Shown: one piece after another, positions 18,699 through 28,076 of the stretch
Layout: each line of letters opens with the position of its first letter
Numbering within the stretch: position 1 is the stretch's first letter
Origin: Candidatus Sumerlaeaceae bacterium
Lineage (GTDB): Bacteria; Sumerlaeota; Sumerlaeia; Sumerlaeales; Sumerlaeaceae
NCBI GenBank assembly: GCA_049968255.1
Contig: JBMFRB010000001.1
Location: forward strand, 288,001 to 352,000
DNA: 64,000 bases
Reading direction: 5' to 3'
Notes under the pieces: generated by a model
Told to the model about the DNA's origin: nothing
Databases searched by the model: none
What the model saw: the letters and a program-made list of their open reading frames with translations, nothing else
Translations under genes and position numbers: made by a program

Positions 18699-19508
18699 TC
18701 AGAACACGCCGCTAAAGCCAAACGACACAACGACGGGCATCGGCGCAATGCGTGGCACACAGGCGCCATCATCTTTAGGGTCCATCTCCATGGCTCGAAT
18801 GACCGTGCCTTGCCTGCCCTGCCGGATAATGACGCCGCGCAGGCGCACTTGACGCCCTTTGCCCGGCACACGTTGAATCTCGAGAGGCGATACAACGACT
18901 TTGACACGACCTAAATCACGCGCCCTTACCGTGAGTTCGAGCTCGTTTTTCGGCAAAGACTTGACGCTTTCAACCTTACCCGAAACCGTGACCCATTTCG
19001 GACGCGGTGGAACCTCTGCCTCCTGGCTTTCCTGAGAGGACTCGGTATCGGATTGGCCAACCTCCCTGTCTTCCCGCTCAGCTTGGCGAGGCGTTCGGCG
19101 CGGTGGCCCCTGCTCTTTGTTCTCTTGAGCGCTGCGTGAAGGTCTGCTTAGCGATGTGCTTTCGCGAGGCGTCGGAGAAGGCGTTGCCGAGGGCGGTGCG
19201 GCGGGTTCCTGCTTCTCGGACGGTGCGATGGAACGAACTGCCATTTCGCCTTTTGTTTCTTCTGGAATAATCCAACGTCCGCCGACACCTTCCACTTCCG
19301 GCGGCACGAAAACAGGTGCCGTGCTTGAGCTGTCCGCCTTTTGGGCAGAAGCCGTTGCCGTCGTGAACACCGCCGTTGCTTGCGCTTCAGGGGCACTTGG
19401 CATCTCCTGAGCTGAGGTCATAGCCACGACTAACCCGACGATCGCTCCGATTAGTCCGGCGCGCAAACTAGTTTTTCGGTTGTTTTGGGCGATAATCACG
19501 GAGCTCAT
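18699..19508 (-). CDS. Hypothetical exported protein with low-complexity linker and a small beta-rich C-terminal domain
   Basis: Signal-like segment (LIGAIVGLVVAMTSA-QE); A/P/S/T/E-rich linker; VTVSGKVESV...VRLRGVI; start uncertain. Confidence 0.6.
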   Translation of the reverse strand: MSSVIIAQNNRKTSLRAGLIGAIVGLVVAMTSAQEMPSAPEAQATAVFTTATASAQKADSSSTAPVFVPPEVEGVGGRWIIPEETKGEMAVRSIAPSEKQEPAAPPSATPSPTPRESTSLSRPSRSAQENKEQGPPRRTPRQAEREDREVGQSDTESSQESQEAEVPPRPKWVTVSGKVESVKSLPKNELELTVRARDLGRVKVVVSPLEIQRVPGKGRQVRLRGVIIRQGRQGTVIRAMEMDPKDDGACVPRIAPMPVVVSFGFSGVF

Positions 19509-19742
19509 GCTTAGACCCACCTTTCCTTCGGATGACTCTAAAATGCGCCTTGCTTTAGGAAAAGCAAGACTTTTGCCAGCCGGAGAGCTCTGGGGAGGAA
19601 GTCTGAAGCCTGGTTTGGTGGTGCGCGACACTAAGGTGGGCACACGCTCTTTTTGTGCTGGACCGTGCGCTAAAAAACAATGCCCCCAGAGCTCGCGCTC
19701 TGAGAGCAAAGCCTTAGATGCAGCGAGACTTACTTCTCGCTT

Positions 19743-19955
19743 TTACTCGGTTTTGGCGGCTTTCTGATAGCGCTGACGGAATTTCTCGACGCGTCCCGCG
19801 GTGTCCACAAGTTTCTGTTGGCCTGTGAAGAAAGGATGGCAGTTCGAACAAATTTCCAAACGGTATTCTTTGCGTGTCGAGCGTGTCACAAATGTTGCGC
19901 CACACGCACATGTCACTGTGGCAAAACTATACTTTGGATGGATTCCTTTACGCAT
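19743..19955 (-). CDS. rpmE: 50S ribosomal protein L31 (zinc-binding type)
   Basis: [32 protein letters not shown]; AAGGAG RBS. Confidence 0.97.
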   Translation of the reverse strand: MRKGIHPKYSFATVTCACGATFVTRSTRKEYRLEICSNCHPFFTGQQKLVDTAGRVEKFRQRYQKAAKTE

Positions 19956-20090
19956 TCACATCACTCCTTGAGCGCCGGCGTCGGCTGATCTTTGAAGCCC
20001 AGTACGGCACGCGTTTGCTTGGCAACATGCCACCGCCCTATACTCTTTGGCAAGGTTAGGCATTCACGATTTATGCCATCTCGCGGCAGT

Positions 20091-21179
20091 CTATTCTGGC
20101 GAGGAGCTATCTTTTGCGATAGGCATAGCCCGCTTCATCACTCGCTCGATGGCATCGAGGACGGCTTCTGGCGCTAGTTTATCAAGGCAGTGACCAGGCG
20201 GATGATGCGGACATTTGCGCCAAAAGGTTCCTGCGCATGGCTGAGAAAAATCTTGCAGCACTTCGAAATTTGCGTCGGCAAAAACCGGTGCATTGCGCCT
20301 CGAATCTGAACTTCCGAAAAGTGCAACCGTCGGCACTCCCAGAGCAGCAGCCATGTGCATGGGGCCAGTGTCACCACCGGCAAACAGGGCAACGTGGTGA
20401 CGAAGCAGGGCGACGTATTGGCGAAGACTCGTTGGCGGAGCGGTTCGTGCTTTTCCGCCGTGCTTCGCGATGAGATTGGCCAAATGACTGGCTTCTTGTT
20501 CTTCACCCGGGCCAAAAAATACCATCGATTCCAAAGCGTGGCGAGCATAGACCTCAATTGCCACTTTGGCCCACCGCTCGAGCGGCCAACGCTTCGTCAC
20601 CCAACCAGCAAATGCATCGAGGAGAAAAAAACGTTTCTTGCCAACCCCGGCCTCGCGCGCCCAAGTTGCGACATATTCCTCGTCCTGAGCATGGGTGACA
20701 AGCAGCGCACGAGGATGCTCTGCCCGGCATCCGAGCGAGCGCACGAGCTCGAGGTTCATGTTGATAACTTCTTGCGCTGTCGGCGCCACGCGTTCATTTG
20801 TGAAAAGCCAGTTGAGCTCGCGACACGCTTGGCCGGCAAAACCAATGCGCTTCGGAGCTCCGCTGAGCCAGGCGACAATCCCACTTTTCGTGAGGCCTTG
20901 AAAATCTATGGCGACATCCCAGGGACCGGTGCGGCGCAAGACTTCGCGCAGCTCGCGCATAGCAGCGAGAGCCTGGCCGGCGGAGCGTGGCCGTGAAAGC
21001 TTGAAGAGAAAATCGAGCTGAGGGTGTCCTTCGAGCAGTGCCGCTGGTCCAGGATGCGCAACCCACCCAATCGTTGCACGTGGGTGCTCGCGGCGCAAGG
21101 CATCAAGGGCTGGCAATGTATGCACGACGTCGCCGACGGCGCTAAGCTTGACGATGAGTACTTTGAGACTGGCGCTCAC
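20091..21179 (-). CDS. LPS heptosyltransferase (GT9, WaaC-like)
   Basis: IVKLSAVGDVVHTLP, IDFQGLTKS, TKRWP, GGDTGPMHMAAALG. Confidence 0.92.
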   Translation of the reverse strand: MSASLKVLIVKLSAVGDVVHTLPALDALRREHPRATIGWVAHPGPAALLEGHPQLDFLFKLSRPRSAGQALAAMRELREVLRRTGPWDVAIDFQGLTKSGIVAWLSGAPKRIGFAGQACRELNWLFTNERVAPTAQEVINMNLELVRSLGCRAEHPRALLVTHAQDEEYVATWAREAGVGKKRFFLLDAFAGWVTKRWPLERWAKVAIEVYARHALESMVFFGPGEEQEASHLANLIAKHGGKARTAPPTSLRQYVALLRHHVALFAGGDTGPMHMAAALGVPTVALFGSSDSRRNAPVFADANFEVLQDFSQPCAGTFWRKCPHHPPGHCLDKLAPEAVLDAIERVMKRAMPIAKDSSSPE

Positions 21180-21703
21180 AGCGCCTCCTGCTGCTGCTCC
21201 CTCTTTTTGCCAAAACGCTCGAGCACGGTGGAAATGACATCGCGCGAGGAGTTTTCTTTGGGTGCCCCAGCAATGTAGGTTTCGAACCCGAGCTCGATGG
21301 CAATCGCCCGCTCAGGGACGGTGTCCTTGGTATAATCCGTTCCCTTGGCGTGCACGTCGGGCCGCAGTGCCCGCAGAAGCGGCTCTACGGTCAGATCATC
21401 GAAAAGGATGAGGTAATCAACGCAGCGCAGCGCATCAAGCAATTCTAGGCGGGCTGCCTCGTTGAAAATCGGACGCGACGGGCCCTTGAGCGCGCGTTCG
21501 CTCTGATCGGAATTCACACCAACGAAGAGGCAGTCGCCTTGGCGGCGGGCGTCGGCAAGATAGGAGATATGCCCGCCGTGTAGCACATCGAAGCATCCAT
21601 TGGCAAAGACCACTCGCTTGCCGTCGGCGCGCAGGCGCTCACGAATCACAATCGCCTCTTCCAATGTCACGAGCTTGTTTAGGGGATAACGCTTTTGGCT
21701 CAA
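21176..21703 (-). CDS. D-glycero-beta-D-manno-heptose 1-phosphate adenylyltransferase (stand-alone HldE domain II)
   Basis: FANGCFDVLHGGH, VGVNSD, LKGPSRPI, PDVHAKGTDY; 4-bp overlaps with both neighbours. Confidence 0.9.
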   Translation of the reverse strand: MSQKRYPLNKLVTLEEAIVIRERLRADGKRVVFANGCFDVLHGGHISYLADARRQGDCLFVGVNSDQSERALKGPSRPIFNEAARLELLDALRCVDYLILFDDLTVEPLLRALRPDVHAKGTDYTKDTVPERAIAIELGFETYIAGAPKENSSRDVISTVLERFGKKREQQQEAL

Positions 21704-22311
21704 AGTCCAAGCACTCCTCGTTTGCCGAGATCATTAATGATCCAATGAACAGCCGCCCACAAGTTTTCTGCAACAAAATCAGGACGGCAGACATCGCTCG
21801 TCGTTGAGATTTTTTCTAACTCCTCGCGGCCGAAGCCGGTGAGCACCAGGACGCTGCGCAAGCCATTGGCTTTGCCGAACTCGACGTCGCTGAGTTTGTC
21901 GCCCACCACGTACGAGTTTTCTAAATCCACAGGGAATTCCCCTGCAGCGCGTTCGATCATGCCGGGCTGTGGCTTGCGGCAGCGACAGGCAACTCGGTAG
22001 GGACCGAGACCTTTTTCGGCATGATGCGGGCAGTAATATATTGCGTCCACTTTTGCCCCCTTCTCGGCAAGAAGCTCGCGAAGGCGGGCGTGCACGGCCG
22101 CAACGTCAGCCTCTGTAAAATAGCCCCGTGCCACACCTGACTGATTCGTGGTCACCACAGCAAACATGCTCTGTTGATTGAGTTCACGAATCGCTTCGGC
22201 ACTTCCAGGAATAAGAATCAATTGTGCAGGATTGGAGAGATATCCGACCTCCTCGCAAATAGTCCCGTCACGATCGAGAAAAACTGCTGGGCGGAGTTTT
22301 TCGTCTGTCAT
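21700..22311 (-). CDS. gmhB: D,D-heptose 1,7-bisphosphate phosphatase
   Basis: AVFLDRDGT, TNQSGVARG, CPHH...CRCRKP, VGDKLSD. Confidence 0.93.
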   Translation of the reverse strand: MTDEKLRPAVFLDRDGTICEEVGYLSNPAQLILIPGSAEAIRELNQQSMFAVVTTNQSGVARGYFTEADVAAVHARLRELLAEKGAKVDAIYYCPHHAEKGLGPYRVACRCRKPQPGMIERAAGEFPVDLENSYVVGDKLSDVEFGKANGLRSVLVLTGFGREELEKISTTSDVCRPDFVAENLWAAVHWIINDLGKRGVLGL

Positions 22312-22424
22312 GGAAGGGCATCGTGCCAGCACGCTCGTCGGGTGCAATGAAAAATGATTTCTGCTGCAATGTGCTGCGATCAAAGAAATGGTAGCCAGCT
22401 GGGTAAAACTTTAGCTAGTCGAGA

Positions 22425-23153
22425 ATGTCGCGGATGAACGTTGAAGGATCAAAAGTTTTTGTCACAGGCGCGGCAAAGCGGGTTGGACGTGCAATCGCGC
22501 AAGAGCTCGCAATCCGCGGAGCTCACGTGATCATCCATTACAACACGAGCAAAGAAGAAGCTTTCGCACTGGTCAGGCATTTGCAGGCCGGCGGCCACTC
22601 GGCCGAAGCTGTTCAGGCGAATCTTGAGGACGTAGGGCGTTTAGGAGAATTTGCGCGGTCGTTTGACCACATCGACGTCCTCATCAACAATGCCTCTATT
22701 TTCCCTCGCACGCCACTTGTCGACATGAGCTGGGACGTGTGGCAGCGCATCCTCGACATCAACCTTAGCGCACCCGTACTGCTTGCGACCCACGTGGGTT
22801 TGTCCATGAAAGAGCGAGGCCGTGGTGTTGTGATTAATTTAACAGATTGTGGTGTTCAGCGCCCCTATCCTCACCATTTACCTTATCTCGTGTCGAAAGG
22901 TGGGCTCGAAACAGCGACACGAGCGCTTGCTGTCGAGCTTGCGCCGGAGGTGCGTGTCGTGGCAATCGCCCCTGGCACCGTCTTGCCGCCACCAGAAATT
23001 TCTGCCTCGTTCCGCAAGGCCATGGAAAACCGCTCACTCCTGCGCAAAGTTGGGAGTCCGGCAGAGGTGGCGCGCACCGTTGTCCTTGCCATCGAAAACG
23101 ACTTTCTTACCGGCTGCACGATCACAGTCGACGGCGGCACCACATTGGCCTGA
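22425..23153 (+). CDS. Short-chain dehydrogenase, pteridine reductase/FolM-like
   Basis: TGAAKRVG, HYNTS, NNASIF, YLVSK, LAPEVRV..IAPG. Confidence 0.85.
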   Translation: MSRMNVEGSKVFVTGAAKRVGRAIAQELAIRGAHVIIHYNTSKEEAFALVRHLQAGGHSAEAVQANLEDVGRLGEFARSFDHIDVLINNASIFPRTPLVDMSWDVWQRILDINLSAPVLLATHVGLSMKERGRGVVINLTDCGVQRPYPHHLPYLVSKGGLETATRALAVELAPEVRVVAIAPGTVLPPPEISASFRKAMENRSLLRKVGSPAEVARTVVLAIENDFLTGCTITVDGGTTLA

Positions 23154-23250
23154 GCCTGCTTTTGTTGGCCCAAGCGAAAACTTGCAAAAAAACCACCGCG
23201 GTGGGCATGAATCTTGACCATGAATCTCCTGCGGGTGACAACACCCCACA

Positions 23251-25050
23251 GTGCAACTACAAATGGTCTCGGATAACCGGAGAAAATTTCAAAAGCAAAC
23301 CGAACAGCCACCTCGCTGGCGCTTTCGTCCCGTAGATGCCGACCTTGCACGGGCGCTGACAGCGTGTAGCAGGCTAAATCCAGTACTTGCCCGAATCGTG
23401 GCCGGACGGATGCGCGACGTCGATGAAGAGTCGGCTCTGACGCAAGAGAATCTAGAGCGGTTTCTTTCGCCACGGCTCGCGGACATACACAACCCTTTTG
23501 AGCTTGCGGACATGGATAAAGCTGTGGCGCGAGTGTTCAATGCTGTCCGGCGCAACGAAGCCATCACCGTTTACGGCGATTACGACAGCGACGGCACAAC
23601 AGCCACAGCTCTGCTAGTGCACCTTTTTCGTTTTCTTGGCTATGACAAGGTCTCTTACTATATTCCCCTTCGCCTTGAAGAGGGTTATGGGCTCAACATT
23701 GGCGCGCTCGAAAACATTGCCAAACAAGGGACAAAAGTTGTTCTCACGGTTGACAATGGCATCACTGCCGTGGAAGAGGCTCGGCATGCCAGGCGCCTGG
23801 GACTCGATCTCGTTATTACGGATCACCACCGGCCGGGTCGGGAGCTCCCCGACGCCTGTGCTATCGTTAATCCTAATCGTCCGGATTGCCACTATCCGTT
23901 TAAGTACCTCGCGGGTGTGGGCGTTGCCTTTAAGTTTGCGCATGCGCTTCTGAAAGCGATGCATGTGGATCCGGACAAGGGTCGTGCGTTCCTGCGCTCG
24001 GTGCTTGATCTCGTGGCTATTGGCACCGTTGCAGACATAGCGCCCTTGGTGGGGGAAAATCGAATCTTCGTGACTCACGGACTGAAGCGCATGCGCGAGA
24101 CGCCAAGCGAGCGACTCCGCGCTATGTACTCCGTGTGGGGAATTGAGCCGACAATCCTTACTGCCCAGACCATCTCTTTCCGGATTGGGCCACGCCTCAA
24201 CGCAGCCGGTCGCACGGACGACGCTCGCGTATGTGTTGAGCTGCTCACGACGGACAATGTTCAGCGCGCCGCAAGGATTGCCTCGGACCTCGATGGCTTC
24301 AACCAGGCGCGTCGTGATCTGGAAGCGGCCATCCTTCGGCAATGCTTACGGATCATTGAAAAAGAAGTGAATCTCGAAGATGAGCCAGTTCTAGTGGTGC
24401 ACGGCAACGATTGGCACATCGGCGTGCTTGGCATTGTCGCCTCGCGCTTGACCGAAGCGTTCTATCGCCCGGCGATTGTCCTCTCGCGCCACGATGACTA
24501 CGCCATCGGTTCGGGGCGTAGCCCCGAATCATTCAATCTCCACCGTGCGCTGGCAGCAACGAGTCAGCTGCTGTTGGAGTGGGGTGGCCATGCTCACGCT
24601 GCAGGAGTGCGGCTGCTGGCCAAGCACATCGATCAATTCCGCGCGGTGATTAACGATTACGCGCATGTGCACCTCGAACCTGATCATCTGATTCGCGAAA
24701 TCACGATAGACACGGAGATTTTGGCTGAGGAATTTGGTCTGCCATTTCTCGATGCCCTGGGAAAACTTGAGCCTTATGGTGAAGGCAATCCGCTGCCTGT
24801 GCTAGCTATGAGGAACCTTCGACTGATTGAGGAGCCACGCATTGTGGGCTCGAATCATCTCAAACTGCGTCTTGGAGCTAACGGACAAACCTTTGATGCG
24901 ATCGGTTTTGGTCTAGCCGGCTTGGTGGACCGGCTGCGGCAGCGACGCTATGAGTTGTTAGATGTGGCCTTTTCCGCCACTAGAGATGATTTCACAGGCT
25001 GTCGCAAAGCTATGATGGAACTCAAAGATCTGCGTTTCGCGGGAGGATGA
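23251..25050 (+). CDS. recJ: Single-stranded DNA exonuclease RecJ
   Basis: YGDYDSDG, EGYGL, TVDNGI, TDHH, GTVADIAPL, PRLNAAGR, GSGRS, GGHAHAAG, EPYGEGNP. Confidence 0.96.
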   Translation: MQLQMVSDNRRKFQKQTEQPPRWRFRPVDADLARALTACSRLNPVLARIVAGRMRDVDEESALTQENLERFLSPRLADIHNPFELADMDKAVARVFNAVRRNEAITVYGDYDSDGTTATALLVHLFRFLGYDKVSYYIPLRLEEGYGLNIGALENIAKQGTKVVLTVDNGITAVEEARHARRLGLDLVITDHHRPGRELPDACAIVNPNRPDCHYPFKYLAGVGVAFKFAHALLKAMHVDPDKGRAFLRSVLDLVAIGTVADIAPLVGENRIFVTHGLKRMRETPSERLRAMYSVWGIEPTILTAQTISFRIGPRLNAAGRTDDARVCVELLTTDNVQRAARIASDLDGFNQARRDLEAAILRQCLRIIEKEVNLEDEPVLVVHGNDWHIGVLGIVASRLTEAFYRPAIVLSRHDDYAIGSGRSPESFNLHRALAATSQLLLEWGGHAHAAGVRLLAKHIDQFRAVINDYAHVHLEPDHLIREITIDTEILAEEFGLPFLDALGKLEPYGEGNPLPVLAMRNLRLIEEPRIVGSNHLKLRLGANGQTFDAIGFGLAGLVDRLRQRRYELLDVAFSATRDDFTGCRKAMMELKDLRFAGG

Positions 25051-25051
25051 C

Positions 25052-27226
25052 ATGCCACGCAAGAAAAGGGCGGATTCATCTGCCTCCTTGTCTGAGCCAG
25101 CAGAAAAGCTCCCAGTCGCTGAACTACCGACACGCGATCGTCTAGCGCAGGCGCCACGCCTAAAGATAGTGGGACTCAATGCTCCGGAACCAAGAGTTTC
25201 GGAAGGAGCATTATCTGAAGAACATCGGGCTGGTAAGCCCACGCGCAGTGATCATGATCGTTTGGGCGATCCGTATTTTCGCCGTAGCACGCGCCTGCTG
25301 GATTTTCTTCTCGCAGTCGTTTTGCTCGTGGGCGCGTTTTTCTCCGTGGCTTTGACATATCGCGGCATTGGCCACTCGTGGGATGAAGCCCTTTATTTGC
25401 GACCCGCCGCTAGCGCAGGCCAGTGGGTCCTCGATCTTGCGCGCGGGGACACAGCTATGCTTGAACCTTCGGCAATTGACCAAGCGTGGGGACTTGAGGT
25501 CACGGGCAACGATCCGCTTCATCCCGAGGTCGCACCGATTCCCAAGGCGGTTATTGGGTTAGGGCTGACAATACTGAGCGGTTACGGAATCCCAGAGATG
25601 ATCGCGATGCGTTTGCCCATTGCTGTCGTCTTCGCGCTCACCGTAGCTTTGCTCTACATTTTGGGAGCCCGAACGTACGGCAGGCTGCCCGGCTTTCTCG
25701 GGGCCGTAGGCTATTGGCTCATGCCGCGGGTGTTTGGTCACGCACACCTCGCCGCATCGGAAACACTTTTCGCATTTACTCTCGTGCTGCTCGCTTGGTC
25801 TTACCTTGGGGCCATCAAGCACCCCTGGATGGCGGTGTTTACCGCAATTGCTTATGCCCTGGCATTTGACACAAAGGTAACAGCCTTGTTTTTGCCCCCC
25901 GCGCTTCTCATCTGGGGGCAACTCTATTACCGACGCGACTACGCATCGAATATCTTTGCGATGGCTCTGGGATCGCCTCTTGTTGCTTTCGCATTATGGC
26001 CCTGGCTGTGGTGGGATCCGCTGGTGCGCATTGCGGAGTACGTCAAATTCTATGCAACCCACCAGCACACGGCGGTTTTTTACATGGGGCGGATGTGGGG
26101 CTACATTTACGGTCCGCCAGCACCCTGGCACTATCCCTTCGTCATTACCGCAATTGCTGTTCCAACGTGGACCTTGGTGCTCATTGTGTTCGGTGTAGTG
26201 GCTACGTGCTTGCAATGTCGGAAGCGCCCTGTGCCTATGTTCTACTTCTTCATAGCTGCAACGATCATCGGAGTGTGCGCGCTTCCGAATGCACCCAAGT
26301 ATGACGGTGAACGCCTATTCTTTGGTGCCTTTCCGTTCCTGGCACTGTTGGCTGGCGGTGGATTCGCCTGGGTTTGGTCGCATCTGGAACGTTGGAGACA
26401 GAATGGACATGCACTCCTCCGCTGGGCAAGCATGTTTTGGCGGCTCCTTGCTTTTGTGATGATCGGCTGGAATATCCGCACACTCGCGAAGGTGCATCCC
26501 GACGAGCTGAACTTTTTCAATGTGCTCATTGGCGGGGCAAAGGGTGCTTACGAGAAGGGCTTTGAAACAGCCTATTGGGGCGAAGCTGTCAACGAGGATG
26601 TTATAGATTATGTGAACTCGCTGACGAAGCCAGGCACCAAGTTCAAACCTCTCGCCCTGAACGAACTCGTTTTTCTAAATCTTCAAGGATGGGGACTGCT
26701 CTCCGAGGACGGAATCTACGTCGCGGCAAACGAGCCTTTTGATTACTATATCTTGCAAGTGCGTCAGGGTTTTTTCGGCAATAGGGAACGAGCATTGCAC
26801 TTTGGCGCTAAACCTCTCAGGGTATTCGAAGGGCAAGGAGTGCCCAAAATCGAAATTTTCAGTGGCGATGCGCTCACGACGCGGGGATTGGTGACGGCAC
26901 GGTCGCCGCAAGCCCTATCACAGCCATCGCGCGCGACGGAGGACGAGATGCATTTGCTCACAGAGTCAACTGACACTGGAGCTTCATCCACAAGAAGCCG
27001 CATCGCGCGAGCAGATGAGGGGCAAACGACGGCCGTCTCTGCAGCAGCTGCAGCGCCAATTGTGACGACAAGCTCAACATTAGCGACAAGCCATTCTTTG
27101 GAGCAACTTAGCCGCCAGACAGAAACCACAACACCTCCGACACAACGCGCGACGACTCCCCCACCCCCATTGCCATCGCCGAAGGAGACACCCCATGCCA
27201 CGAACGAAATGCAGTTCGCTCTCTGA
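25052..27226 (+). CDS. Membrane GT-C glycosyltransferase (ArnT/PMT, GT39/83-like) with Ser/Thr/Pro-rich tail
   Basis: SWDEALY after the first TM helix; P.PK; MPRVFGHAH; many TM segments; APWHYP; KYDGER. Confidence 0.8.
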   Translation: MPRKKRADSSASLSEPAEKLPVAELPTRDRLAQAPRLKIVGLNAPEPRVSEGALSEEHRAGKPTRSDHDRLGDPYFRRSTRLLDFLLAVVLLVGAFFSVALTYRGIGHSWDEALYLRPAASAGQWVLDLARGDTAMLEPSAIDQAWGLEVTGNDPLHPEVAPIPKAVIGLGLTILSGYGIPEMIAMRLPIAVVFALTVALLYILGARTYGRLPGFLGAVGYWLMPRVFGHAHLAASETLFAFTLVLLAWSYLGAIKHPWMAVFTAIAYALAFDTKVTALFLPPALLIWGQLYYRRDYASNIFAMALGSPLVAFALWPWLWWDPLVRIAEYVKFYATHQHTAVFYMGRMWGYIYGPPAPWHYPFVITAIAVPTWTLVLIVFGVVATCLQCRKRPVPMFYFFIAATIIGVCALPNAPKYDGERLFFGAFPFLALLAGGGFAWVWSHLERWRQNGHALLRWASMFWRLLAFVMIGWNIRTLAKVHPDELNFFNVLIGGAKGAYEKGFETAYWGEAVNEDVIDYVNSLTKPGTKFKPLALNELVFLNLQGWGLLSEDGIYVAANEPFDYYILQVRQGFFGNRERALHFGAKPLRVFEGQGVPKIEIFSGDALTTRGLVTARSPQALSQPSRATEDEMHLLTESTDTGASSTRSRIARADEGQTTAVSAAAAAPIVTTSSTLATSHSLEQLSRQTETTTPPTQRATTPPPPLPSPKETPHATNEMQFAL

Positions 27227-28076
27227 TTCACAACGCCCAGTCGTTGCATTGCTCACGGACTTCGGTTGGGAGGGATGGTACGTTGGTGCAATGAAAGGTG
27301 TCATACTTTCCATTTGCCCGCAAGCACATATCGTCGACCTCACGCACGGCGTGTCACCGCATTCGATCGCTGAAGGGGCCCTTTTGCTCAACGCCACGCA
27401 GCGCTGCTTCCCGACCGGGACAATTTTTGTGGCAGTTGTTGATCCGGGTGTGGGAACCGTGCGTGAGCCAATCGTGGCCCAAGCTGATGGCCGAATATTT
27501 GTTGCGCCAAACAATGGGCTGCTTGGGCTCGTATTGGAGGGCGCAAAAGAATGGGACTGCCGCCTTATTTCTAACAAGAAATACTTCCTGGCACAAGTGA
27601 GCTCCACGTTCCACGGACGCGATATTTTCGCGCCAGTGGCGGCCCACATCGCTGCAGGAGTGCCCATTGAGAACATTGCCCCGCAGAAAACTGAGTGTTT
27701 TCGCTTGGCCGCGGCTACAGCATCTTATGATTGCGGCTACATCGAAGGCAACATCATCTATTTCGATCGCTTTGGTAACGCCGTCACTAACATCACCCGC
27801 GAATTGTTCGAGAAGAATTTCCCCACAAAAACCACTGGCAAGAAAGGCAAGAAAAGCAGACCTGCCGAACCGGCAATTCGTATCACCGTGAACAATTATG
27901 AGCTGACGCGGATCTGCAAAACATTTGGTGACGTGAAGCCAGGGGAACCAGTCGCTTACTGGGGCTCGATGGGGACACTGGAAATTGGAATTAACCTTGG
28001 CAATGCTCACATATCGATGGGCCTGCGCTTGCTGGACAAGGTCACGATCAAGAAAGTAGGCGAATATGTCGCGTAG
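27195..28076 (+). CDS. SAM hydroxide adenosyltransferase / chlorinase-fluorinase family (DUF62)
   Basis: LLTDFG, VDLTHGV, VVDPGVGTVR, APNNG, SSTFHGRDIFAP, DRFGNAVTNI. Confidence 0.92.
   Translation: MPRTKCSSLSDSQRPVVALLTDFGWEGWYVGAMKGVILSICPQAHIVDLTHGVSPHSIAEGALLLNATQRCFPTGTIFVAVVDPGVGTVREPIVAQADGRIFVAPNNGLLGLVLEGAKEWDCRLISNKKYFLAQVSSTFHGRDIFAPVAAHIAAGVPIENIAPQKTECFRLAAATASYDCGYIEGNIIYFDRFGNAVTNITRELFEKNFPTKTTGKKGKKSRPAEPAIRITVNNYELTRICKTFGDVKPGEPVAYWGSMGTLEIGINLGNAHISMGLRLLDKVTIKKVGEYVA

Noticed and set aside
27195-28076. Possible fluorinase/chlorinase (halometabolite pathway)
   Set aside because: The motifs fit the widespread DUF62 SAM hydrolase type and no biosynthetic cluster is adjacent.
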